A DNA stretch of 63,302 nt, the filler included, from Licmophora abbreviata (Eukaryota), in assembly GCA_900291995.1 (NCBI GenBank). It is 10 parts of 10 records of this genome, joined end to end, with 100 filler letters (N's around TTAATTAATTAA, not from the genome) between each part and the next. Parts side by side here need not be neighbours in the genome. Positions count along the whole stretch, not along the records: positions 1 to 14,748 come from OLMU01003327.1; 9 more parts are not named here. One strand, given 5' to 3'. The notes below the pieces were generated by a model. It searched no databases and was not told where the DNA came from. It was given only the letters and a program-made list of their open reading frames with translations. Positions 1-11,177 of the stretch are shown in pieces (within the stretch, counting starts at the first letter, position 1; each line of letters starts with the position of its first letter). The position numbers were made by a program, and so were the translations under genes.

Positions 1-106
1 CCGTGACCCAAGGGTGCAGGCATCCTACACGTTTGGGGAAATTCACTGCCTGGTGTTAACAAAGAGCCATCAAACGTGCTGGTGGTGGATTGATCTCCTA
101 CCAATA

Positions 107-1060
107 TCACACTCGTGCTTCCTCCTCGACTCCAGCCAGTGGAAATCCGAGGTGGCGTCGTATGTCCCGGATTTCATCCCCATGTTGCGACATGACAATC
201 TGGCGGAGAGCTCCCTTTTCGTCCAGTTTGGTAGTGTGTCCTTTGCCGTCCTTCCTGTGAGCTTCAGAGACAAAGCAGCAATCTTGAAGCTCCTCCCAAG
301 ACAGATGGCGAGGCAGCCTGAGCCACTTTTCAATCGCATACACGGTCGTCCGGAATGGAGCGTCATCGCGTATCTCCTCCATTCGAACTGTGAATACATT
401 CTGTCGTCGACTGGGATGACTGAAGAATTCGTGCATGTGCATCAACATACGAATGGACATTTTCAGCGACCATTTAAACTGTATGTCAAGGCCGTCAGCA
501 ACAGTCGCATTACGCAATTGATCTTGGAAGCCAGTGTCCACGATAAATGGCTCTCCCTCACGGGAACACTTAAGATGGTACTGATACGCGGATACGACGC
601 TCTCCAAAGGATCTCGAATGAAATGCACAAAGGGTGTGCCGTTGGTATACGATGTTTCGAGTGTGTGTGGGAAAATCCCGTCTCTTCCTTTGCCTGGGCA
701 CATGGCCGCCCACAGCTTATTAGACAGCGAAGTGCCCATTTTGTGGTAGGATCCAAAGTTCATGAGGTCGCATCCACGAGCATTCGAGTGAACGGGGACT
801 ATCGAATCAATGCAGTCAATGTCGAGATTGCTGCTATTGTGAACAGCACATTGCTTGGCGCTTTCATGCAACAGAGCCGTTGTATCAATCATGTCGTGAT
901 CGAAAGGCTTCGAATTATCAGACGGCCGCAAGTTGGTCTGGTTACCACCAGTGTATTCACTATTGGCAGTAATAGTACTGTGCAAGAAAGCGACCCTGGC
1001 AAGGCAATAGCAGATGGGAATAATCGCCACGATGAATTTCAACCGCGCCTGCGCGACCAT
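107..1060 (-). CDS. Golgi-type (type II membrane) sulfotransferase-like protein
   Basis: N-terminal TM (LKFIVAIIPICYCLARVAFL), 5'-PSB-like YHKMGTS and 3'-PB-like FIRDPLESVVSAYQY. First true ATG at 1060. Confidence 0.7.
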   Translation of the reverse strand: MVAQARLKFIVAIIPICYCLARVAFLHSTITANSEYTGGNQTNLRPSDNSKPFDHDMIDTTALLHESAKQCAVHNSSNLDIDCIDSIVPVHSNARGCDLMNFGSYHKMGTSLSNKLWAAMCPGKGRDGIFPHTLETSYTNGTPFVHFIRDPLESVVSAYQYHLKCSREGEPFIVDTGFQDQLRNATVADGLDIQFKWSLKMSIRMLMHMHEFFSHPSRRQNVFTVRMEEIRDDAPFRTTVYAIEKWLRLPRHLSWEELQDCCFVSEAHRKDGKGHTTKLDEKGALRQIVMSQHGDEIRDIRRHLGFPLAGVEEEARV

Positions 1061-1270
1061 TTTGACTTCCGCAGCAGGGGCACACGCCGCCTCGGGTCCC
1101 CCTTTGACCTCTTCAAGAGAGACAGTGTAGGACAGGTCAAGTACGACGCAAGTGACCAGAGCCAATCGGTGCTGTGGGCGAAGCAGCGCCGTGTTTTGTG
1201 TTTTCAGTTTTCTCAGTTTTCAGTTTTCAGTTTTTTCAATGGCTAGACAAGGCCCGGATGTTGCGTGTTC

Positions 1271-1295
1271 TGACGTATTTGACGTAATGACGTCA
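1271..1295. promoter_or_regulatory. Triple TGACGT bZIP/aureochrome-type element in a divergent promoter
   Basis: TGACGTATTTGACGTAATGACGTCA has TGACGT at 1271, 1280 and 1288 (the last a full CRE palindrome). It lies between the divergent sulfotransferase and amino-acid transporter genes. Confidence 0.4.
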
Positions 1296-1536
1296 TATTG
1301 TCGTTGCGCGAAACCTGCGATGAATTGCGCGCGACTCGACTCGACTGACTCGACTCAGTCACATGCACACTCTTAACTCTTAACAGAGAAAACAGAACGA
1401 ACCATGATGAGGAGGATGACACAGCAGTCTCTTTGACGCCGTCGTTGGAAGCCGAAAGCACACCCTCGCTCGTCTCTTTTTCGCAAATTTGGTACACATT
1501 CACTACTACTATCATACAGAGAGCAACAGTCCCTTC

Positions 1537-3143
1537 ATGACGCAAGAGCAACGAGAAAATCATGCTCACCGTGCCACAGTCGTTCAGACAATCCTGAATC
1601 TGTGTAAGACCTGTATGGGCACTGGAACTCTGGCATTGCCCTTTGCGGCTCAGCAGGCGGGAGTCATCTTGTACGTGCTTGGGATGATACTCATCACGCT
1701 ATGGAATCTGTACAGCATACAACGCTTGATTGACTGTCTGCGACTGTTGCCGCCGGACAAGGGAGACGCAAGGGGAACGAACCAGGAAGAGAGGACACAG
1801 ACCGATAGAACTCAGATGAATCCTGCTACTAGCACTTCTATGGATAACAAGTCCGAAACAGTGCGGTCCGAGGCGACCGCGCTACTACAACTAAACACCG
1901 CTACAAATACTACCAACAGTAGTACTGTGGTGCCGCCACAACACCCACCGAATAACACGTCGACACTGGGAAAGGTCGCTTGGTATGCTTTGGGACCCAA
2001 CGGACTCTATGCTCTCGATATAATGTTTGCCATTCTTCTGTGTGGTATCATTGTGGCCTATGAAGGTAAGAGAAGGAAAGGAAAGGAGTGTTGGCGTCGA
2101 CGACTCGACTCGCGTGACTGACTCGCACCACCGGTACTGCGTATTCTTCTCACGTACACATGTTATACAAATGCTGTCTCGTATTGAACTTGCATTATAT
2201 AGACGCCATGTTGAGCTTTCTCCACGACACGCCACTGCGCCTGTCCAAAACCATGAACGCCGTGAGCACTTGTGTCATCATGACACTTCTCAGCGTTGTA
2301 CCGCACATGGGACACCTTGCCCGGGTGTCGGCCATGGGCTTGGGTGTCTTGCTACTGACATTTGGATTGATTGCCCTCTATGCGGGGAGTATTCCAATGA
2401 GCAACACCTCATCTACAGCGTCGCTACTGCCACTCCTTCCCTATAACTCCTTTCAAGGGGTCTCGCATTGGTTCGGGTGTGTCGCGTTTGGCTTTGGAAC
2501 CGTGCCCCTCACGTTCAACATGCAAGAGTCCATGCGGTACCCGGACAAAATGGTGTATCCTGCAAGTACCGTGGCGTTGTTATTGGTGGCAGGTTGTTAT
2601 ATCGTCTTGGGACTAGGTTTGCTACTGTTGTATCCAAGTCGTATTGAAGGAGATATCTTGTCCTTGTTGCCAACGCAAGGGTGGCTGCCTACTACGATTC
2701 GATGCAGCATGACACTCGTCGTCTTGGTGACGGCACCTCTGCTCATTGTTCCCTGCGGAGAACTCGTCGAATCCAAAGTGTTCTTTGTGCAATACCACGT
2801 GGATGAAGAGAGCATTACACATACCACGAGCGATCGAGTCGTGCCCAAAATTATTGTACGGTTGTCTATTTGCGTTGTTTGTACAGTCGTTGCGTTGTGC
2901 GTTCCGGCCTTTGTCTACGTCTTGAGCTTTGTCGGGGCCTGCTGTGTGGCGCTTGTGAGTTTTGTTGTCCCGCCGTTACTGCATCTCGTTCTGGAATACA
3001 AGCACAAAGACAACAGCGAAGAAACGACAAGAAGAAGACAACTGAGCTTGGCGTTGGATCTTGTTATGCTAGTGTGGGGAGCCACGGCTACTTTGATTAC
3101 GTCTGTCTATACCTTCCGTCAACTGGTATCGACGTCGTCTTGA
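1537..3143 (+). CDS. Amino-acid transporter (Aa_trans/AAAP, SLC36/38-like), 2 exons
   Basis: NLCKTCMGTGTLALPFA signature and multiple TM helices. Intron 2066-2202 (GTAAG...TAG) joins YE/DAM in frame. Confidence 0.9.
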
Positions 3144-3323
3144 TTGACGTGGAGGACTGACTCTCCCGTCATATCATCCTACTGCAATCACTAATGTCTT
3201 TTATAATAAGCAGCAATCTACTAGAATTATTATTAAACAGTGTGTCGTGGCTGCTGTCGCGAGCGCCCATGTAATGAGCTACAAGCGCAATTGATGACGC
3301 TCGGACGTGTTTCACTGGCCTCC

Positions 3324-6300
3324 TTAACGGCTCTGCGCCATTATATTCATTCGATAGTGCCGGTTCATCTCTTGTCGGCGGCGGTCGTCCATTGCCTGTT
3401 GTTGCTTGGCCATCTGGCGAAGGCGTTCCCGAATCGCCATGCATTGCGGAACTGGACAGACCGCGGCTTTGCATTTCTGTGCGTGAACTCGGAGAAGCGA
3501 CCCGATACGCTTGCAAATCTTGCACCCACCAGAGGAGCGGACCTTGCAGACCTTGCCGTGCTTGAGATATGACTTCATCTTGGCACAGTTTGACGACTCG
3601 CATTTGGAAGAGTTACAGCGTGCCGCGTGCTCAATCAACTGGATGTGAAGCGCGAGATTGCGCTGTCGCTCTCGTCGCTGCACTTCTGTCTGGCCTCTAT
3701 CGCTATCTTGAGCATCTTGGGAGTTGTCCACAGCGACGGGTCGCAATCTATGAGTACAAGCGCCCCGGTTGCACTGTGGACTTCGGTAACAGGTTTCGCA
3801 AATGTCGTACTCTGGGCATTGGTCGCAGTGGAACCGAACCCCGGAGAGAATCTCCTTGAGACAAGAAGCGCACTGTTGTACAAATTTCGGAGCATCGCGA
3901 TTGTGCAAATGCCACAGAACCATCATCGAGGTATGCTTTGCTCGTCTTAACTCGTCAAACTGATAGTGGTTCCCTCGACAGAGATTCAAGAATGCCTGGC
4001 GATTGTTGAAAAACTCGCAGTCCATGTCCTCGGCGTCGTCATCAATGACTTTAACTTTGGGTTCGTCGCCCTTCTTCGATTTCTCGGTCTCTTCCTCCCG
4101 AACATGTCCGTCCACGTCGCGCTTCTTATTAGCTTGTTCTGCCCCGTCGTCCTTCTCTCCGGCCTCTTCGTGGACTGGCATCAGCGGGGCTTGAGTCGCC
4201 GGGTTTTCCTGTCTATACTGCACGATCTCCTCTGGAACAACCATATCCTCTGGTCGTGCGCCAGACCAGTTCAAGAAAGCAACGAGAAAACTCTCTTTCA
4301 TCGGGTGGATTGTTTCACCAAGCTTCACCATCACCTGATCCCTCATACTATCCTCAAACATTTTCTTCTCGTCCAGAATGCCGCTTGCCAGCAGTGCTTC
4401 CTCGTCGATCCCAGTCGCGCGAGTGCCGCCGCGATTCTTGTGTCCCTTGTTTTTCTTGCTCTTTTTCCCGGAAGCGGAGCTTTTCTTGCCGGCTCCTTCC
4501 TCGACCTCCTTGATCACGTTCTCCGCCTCGCCGGGAAAGTAGTCACCCTCCAGATACGGGACAGCAGTTGCGTCGAGGTTCTCATCGGCAAAATACAAGT
4601 CGTACATGTTGGTCACTTTACCGACAATATTGCGCCTTTGGCACTCGACAAGCAATTCGATATACCACTGCCGCAGACGTGCGTCGCGCGGTGTCTTCTG
4701 GTCTTCGGGTTTAGCGTAGAAAATATAGTCGTCTCCTTTCAACGGCGGGCATGCCCAGATGTGGGCCGTCGCGAAGCCCTTGCTTCTTACGTAGTCAAGA
4801 TACTTGATTAGGATTTCATGATAGACAAAAGTTCTCAAGTTCCTCGGTCGCATGAAGTGTACGCTGTCCAGGTACGAAATGTAAACACAACGCTGATTCG
4901 GCGGCGGGCTGTTCTCCCCATGTTCGTACACATATAGTGCAAAAAGGACGACATCGACACCATGAAGGTTTTGAAAGACAACCATACACTTGCAGCGGTA
5001 AGGAAACTCGTCCGGGTAGCTCTTGTGAGCGTATCGCTTCTTCATCCGTTCTCGGACTTCAAGCTTCCTCTCAGTACCAGTGACCTGTCGAATGATGATC
5101 GGACCACCCAGACCAAGCGCCTCCCTTGCCTGCTCCAAGGTAGAGCTCTGCCAAATCGGAGAGGCGAAAATGTGAGCTATCAGATGTGGCACTATGATTT
5201 GGAACACGCAACGAATGATCAAAAGTCCTTACATCAGCTGCCGCCTTTTCGCGCATGAGCTGCATTTTCTTTTCTTCAACCCTCTCTCTCACATGGTTCT
5301 CTAGTGTTTCCGATAGATTCGTTCGCGGAAGGTCAACTGCCGAAGGAGGTCTTGGTGTGTCCAGCACTCCTCTCTCTCTAAAGCGAAGCAAACAAGATGG
5401 ACAAAAGTACTTCGTATGATGCTCCTTGTTCTGTCTCGAATTGAACAAACCGCAGATCTGGTGAACCCACGACTTGCAGCCGTCGCATTCCACCCAGCTC
5501 TCCTCATGGACTTCATCGTTCTTCTTTTTCTTAAGTTCGCTTTTCGTGACGGTCATGTCCATCAGCTCAATCGGTAATGCGCCATCGAGATCATTGAAAC
5601 ATTGGTTGCACCAAAAATACTGGTTGTTGCCGGCGATGTAGAAGTGACTGTTTCGGCGGATACGCTTGGACTGGCAATTCATGCCGTTGCAGAAGAAGAC
5701 AGGAGGCTCAAAGAGAAGCTTTTCACAGCCACACAGGGTACATGCGCGTTCGTTCTGCCGGCGAGCGCGATCCTCAGCCTCCAGCTGAGCAAGCACTTTC
5801 TTGTACTCGTGAGCAGCCTTCGCCTTCAATTCCTTAGCCATATCGTGAACAACCGAGCCTTCTTCGTTGTACATCATCGCATTATCGAAGGTCAACCGAA
5901 CGTCTGCCATGAACTTTTCCATCGTGTGGAACGTTCCGTTATCGAGCCTTCTGCCGATGGTGCCGAGATCTATAGGTTTTCTGATTATTTCAAAGTAGTC
6001 GGGCAAACCGAGCTCGACTGGGTCGACAGGGTTGTTGAATACCCACCCATGTTGATGATTCTGTAGCGACCGAAGAACTTCGGTACACTTCGACTTCAGC
6101 TTTGCGGGATTGAGAACAGTGGCGCGGTTCAAAGAGGCAATGTGAGTCCGAATCTGATCAACTGTGAAACTGTTGATCAGCGAGTGATCATCCGGCTTGC
6201 TTTCGGACTTCGAGTCGGAGGCGGCGCGAGAATCCTTCTTAGCTGGTTGGGCGACTTGCGCCACTCCAGGATCAGGCAGCCTTGCGGCAGCTGACGATGA

Positions 6301-8543
6301 CGTCGCCGACGGACGATGCATTATCTTGGTACGCTTCTTCTCCGGCTGGAACGCGAACGACTGTTGTTCGGCTGCAGACATCTCCGATGTAATCGACACA
6401 AGCATCTGCTGTTCCGGATCCAACGCAAGAGGATCAGAAGTGCCGTGCATCTTTTCTCTCTCGTGACTCTTTCGAATCGTTTCGCGAACGGGTCCACAAG
6501 AGAGGCAGCGAGGATCCTTGCATCTCCGATAGTGACTCAAGACATAGCGACTGCTCATGCAGTGCTGTACAGTACACTGATGATCCTTGCAATGGGCAAT
6601 ATGCTCCCAGAGCTTCTTCATGCTGGCGCAATGGGCCGTGACGGGACACTTGCCAGCTTCAAACTTGCACTTAGAAGCGTGCCGCAACAGCAACAAACGT
6701 TGCTGCTTGTGACGAACTTTCTGCCATTCCGAATCATTCCGTGAAGAACCACCACTTAGCGGCGGGCTCCTTTCACCCGTCACATCGCCAGCACTTCGGT
6801 CAGACGAAAACGATACGCGACCGCCGCTTCCAGGCGCGCCTCGAGAACTGCTACTTGAAGGAAATTGTCCATTGGACGAACTGGAGTACTGTATGCCCCC
6901 TCCAGCTTTAGGCGGTGGCATGGCACTCTGTCCTCCTGACCCTCTCCTATTCGCTGCAGCCGAAATGGACCCACTGTCACGGGAGGCTGCAGATGCGAAC
7001 GATCTAGATGGCGGAACCGGCGATGTTGACATCCGTTTTTGGGTACCCACCATGCCTCCGGATTCTCCATTCCTCATACGCACCGTCGCCGACGATGCAC
7101 TGCTGCCGGGCGCATTCGACTTGCGCACTGATTCTCGAACAGGAGCACACGCTGGACAATGTTGATCCTTGCACTTGCGATAGTGACTCAGAATAGCTCG
7201 AGAAGAAAAACAATGTGACACTCGGCAGTTGTTGTCTTTGCAGCCCTCCATGTGCTTCCAAAGACGCTTCATGTCAGCACAGTACGGTGTAGAGGGGCAT
7301 TTTCCGTCCATGTGCTTGCATTTAGCAGCGTGGTGCAACAATAGCAATCGCTGCTGCTTGTGCCGTATCCTTGCCTTCCAGTCAGGATCGTTCCGACCCG
7401 CCAACATTGGATTTGTGGCACTCGTCGTCGAGGCAATCCTCCCACTGGATCCCTCCATGGACCCGGATCTCCTGCCACTGGACGAACCGGCATAAGCACT
7501 CGGCGCACTCGATCGACGCATCATGTCTGCATTGCTTCCACCCGATGAGCCGCCTGCCATAGGATTGATTTCATCCATCTTGACCATCTGTCTGGATCCA
7601 CGAAGATCCGGCGCTGCTGTTGGATACGACGATGACGACGACGAGTTGGTCCTCGCGGGTGGCCCTCGCATGCCATTCGGGAAATGCTGTTGTGGGGAAG
7701 ACCGTGATGAGGTCTTTGTAGAATTGCTACCGTCGCCTTGATTCTTGGCTTTGCGAGACACTTCCACGGCAATCAGCTGTAGTCTATGTTTCAAGGTCTG
7801 CATGTCCATGTAGGCGTCAAATGATCTGGCATTGCGATAAAGAGAAACCTCCAGCTGCTTGGCCATCTGCGGTAGTTTACTGAGCCATTCTGGTGATCCG
7901 TTCTTGTCCTTCTTCAACATTTGAATACTGAAGCGGCGTGATGTAGAGACAAGTTGTGAGCAACAAGGCCCAAAATTTCCAAATGCAGTTCCAACAAAAC
8001 AAACCGGACATGAACGTACATGTGCTGAATCATATCCCGTCGATGCGTCAAATCCTTATCACTTTGCCAATTCCCATTCATACTAAACTGCTGCTGCTGC
8101 TGCTGCCGATTCCCTTGCGCCATGGCTGCCGCTCCATTCGGCGGCCCCCCTTGCGATGGAGTTCTCGTGGCAGATACCATGCGCTGCTGTGGAGCCCGTT
8201 GCGGTGGCCTATGCATCTGCGAAGGGTGCATAGGAGAAGGCTGCGGTGGTTGATGCGTCGGAGACTGCATTGGATGAAAGGGTGGTGGTTGTGATGGTCC
8301 TCCCATACTCCCCATACTCCCGTAGCTCCCCCGCCTTGCGGCAGGCGACTGCTGCGGTGGCATGGGAGGTGGCGCGAACTGTGATGGTTGTCCGGGACGC
8401 ATGCCTGGGTGTGGCGGCGGATATTGCGCATTCATCTGTGGTGGTCGATGATGCTGTGGCGGCGGTGCCGCACCAGGGGGCATGGGAGGCCGAGGCAATG
8501 GTGGCTGTGACTGTGCAGGTGTCGGTCCATCAAAAGGAACCAT
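3324..8543 (-). CDS. CBP: CBP/p300-family histone acetyltransferase (KIX-like, 2x TAZ, bromodomain, RING/PHD, HAT, ZZ, TAZ2), 3 exons
   Basis: QQRLLLLxHAxKC TAZ twice, bromodomain [19 protein letters not shown] motifs YISYLDSV and [25 protein letters not shown]. Introns 7928-8019 and 5148-5232 keep the frame. Confidence 0.95.
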
Positions 8544-9667
8544 CGTCCATCACCGAAGCCAGCAGATCTCTAGCAGACGACACGAGCAAAGGAAGCTGCG
8601 ATGGAAGAGACGGCAAGAGACACATTCGCGTTAGATCAGCTTGGCTTGCTTGAGACGTTCGTCAGAACAAAAGAGGCGGGCACAAAGCCGGTCAGGTCAT
8701 CATTCTTCCAGTAGCGACGACAGCCGTGATGACCATTCCAAAATTCGAAATTGGCGACGTGCGAGCTCCAAAACTTCAACTTCGAGGTCATACGTCTGCG
8801 TCATGATAGCACTTTCGTTAAGCAAAACTGTCGCACTGAAACGTGTATGATCATACCGACATGTACATACGTAAAAACAAGTATAGAATAATCTTTGATG
8901 ATACTGTTCGCAACGTCCGAAGCCTCGTTCGAGGCAAAACGGTTCCAAAAAATAGCATTGCAGCGGCCGTAGGATTCTACACAGTCCCATACTGAAATCA
9001 CGTCATCGCTCGGTACCAAGTCCTACGTGCTGCTACGGACGAGCGGCGTGCAGCTGCACCATGGGATTGGGATCGCTTTTGCGAGCCACAAGAAGAGTCA
9101 AATCACAGAGATACCGTCCCATCGAGAACTTGACACACATAGAAAACCATTTGGAGCGTCGCAGTCCATTGAAAACGACTTACTTGCTTCTTCCAGGGCG
9201 GATCCTTGCACCCTCGCCGTTCTGTGCCTCTGTCTTGCTTCTGGCTGTGTGGCATCTGCGTGGAAATTTCTCTACGTGGATTTGTACGTAAATCGTTACC
9301 ACGACAGTTCCTTCGAAGAGCTCCGAGCTCCAAAGAGCTCGAAATTGAGAACTCGTTTTTCGAAGAAGTTGTGTCGAACGTTCGAACGTGTTCGAAGCGC
9401 CGAGAGAATTACTGTAGTTCGATGGACAAGAACATGGGTTGACTACGCGGAAAAAGAGTGGCAATGCTCACAAAGTCAACAAATGTCCCCTTACTTTCTT
9501 GTAGTAGAGCTTAGTTGGTCTACTGTATGTACAATGAAATTAGAAATGTTCTCTCGCAATCCAAGACAAAGATGGTGCGAGACCCCGTTGACCCACCCTA
9601 GCAATTGGATGTAGCTGTACCTGGTACCGGTACAGCGCGGCACGTCTTCGCACTGACAACCACATAG

Positions 9668-10714
9668 TCACTCCTTTCCTTGTTTGGAAAATAGAAAGGT
9701 GGCGTAGTTGTACAACTCGATATCCAACCAATTCCGTTGGACGAGCAGTTGGTACGCTTCCGAATACTCCTCTACAGGTTCATGTCGATGTTTATTCGGC
9801 CAGGCCCATTCTAAAAGGCGTTCTTCACATTCCCGTTGTGATGCCTTTCCCATGCGCTTCAGTAGTCGACGCAAGCTTTCTCCCTTGTGCTCGAGTATCC
9901 CAATATGCGCCTTTTGGCGCAGGAGTTCTTTGGCTAGTGACAAGTCGTCCATGGTCCAACCCGTGGCCGGTGGTGTACCCAATAATGAGTTCATCATGGC
10001 ATTGGGAGTATGAAAGCGGCTTCGAGCAAAGTCAGCCAGTCCATACACGGTCAGTTTGGGATTGTAACTTGGATGGTCCAGTGGCAACGACGTGAGGTAG
10101 GCAAAGAGTGATGCCTGTCGTTGCACAGGGTGTCGAAACCACGTCCAAAGTTCACCTTGAGGACCATATGAAGTAAAGATAGATTGTGTTTGTGTCAAAT
10201 CATGCGAGACAACCACCTCGGCCATGCTGGTGAGGCCCATGTTCTTGGCTCGTTGTCGTCCCATGTCGGTCGACAGATCGACCGTGACGTGCTTTCGACC
10301 GTCTCGATGAACAATGTCGAGTTTTTCATCTGACATCAGTGCTCGTGAATCTTGTGTCTCGTTCCATTCTCCCGCCAGTACAAGACCATGGCATTCCCCG
10401 AGAATTGTCGAGATCGCAGCACCGCCGGACCGAGGCGGAGAACACAAAATTGGAATCCTACTGCCGGTATGCTGCTGTGTTGTTCTTTGATTGATATGTG
10501 TATTGTTAGTTAAGAAATCATACTCGCTTGGGATTGAGACTTGGCGAGGCGGTGACGATGGTGCGGATGACGGCGCTCGTAGCACGGCCGATGTATGGAT
10601 GATCTCCCCCGCCGGCGCTGAAAAGTACGATCCTCTCGTGGTGGAGTCAAAGATACACACAGCAACGCCCGTGAGAAACAGAATTGCAACTCCAAAAAGG
10701 GTGTTTTGGGGCAT
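9668..10714 (-). CDS. Sulfotransferase family 2-like type II membrane protein
   Basis: N-terminal TM, PRSGG (5'-PSB-like), FRHPVQRQASLFAY (3'-PB) and C-terminal NWLDIELYNYA typical of the family. Confidence 0.75.
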   Translation of the reverse strand: MPQNTLFGVAILFLTGVAVCIFDSTTRGSYFSAPAGEIIHTSAVLRAPSSAPSSPPRQVSIPSEYDFLTNNTHINQRTTQQHTGSRIPILCSPPRSGGAAISTILGECHGLVLAGEWNETQDSRALMSDEKLDIVHRDGRKHVTVDLSTDMGRQRAKNMGLTSMAEVVVSHDLTQTQSIFTSYGPQGELWTWFRHPVQRQASLFAYLTSLPLDHPSYNPKLTVYGLADFARSRFHTPNAMMNSLLGTPPATGWTMDDLSLAKELLRQKAHIGILEHKGESLRRLLKRMGKASQRECEERLLEWAWPNKHRHEPVEEYSEAYQLLVQRNWLDIELYNYATFLFSKQGKE

Positions 10715-11177
10715 ACTTGGAGCTTGTGTGAAGGGGAGGAACGGTTCGCACTCTCTCTCGCTCGCTCGCTCGCACTCTTAGAACGGCCAACCCAATAGAA
10801 GGAAGAGGAAAAGGAATGCTATGCGAAATAAAGAGCACGGCGAGCGGCAACCTTCCATCGTTTTGTGTTTCGAAATAATGTGAGGCGGTCCGGTCATTCT
10901 GGGTCATCGAGTCATTCATATACAATTACTTAAGCAACGTATATTGGTGGAATGATGCCAGTTGTCCCAACGCATAATCTCAAAGCCCAGTCTCGTTTCG
11001 TTCTCAAAAGACGCAAGACCCCAACTTTTTCTTACAGGTACGAGTGGGTTCCGGTACTGTCATCGTACCTGATTGGCAACTTCGAACGATCCGTTGGTCC
11101 AAGAGAGGGATCAGAATATTCAGAGAAAGTGGGTGAAGCTTCAGAAGGGATTTGAAGTCAATCCACGAGTGAGAACG

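Noticed and set aside
14..1246. 410-aa plus-strand ORF
   Set aside because: Antisense shadow of the sulfotransferase, with no motifs and a non-ATG start.
9027..9640. 195-aa ORF and clustered short palindromes (GAGCTC, TTCGAA, GGTACC)
   Set aside because: No protein features, and no regular repeat-spacer period. Not CRISPR-like; treated as intergenic sequence.
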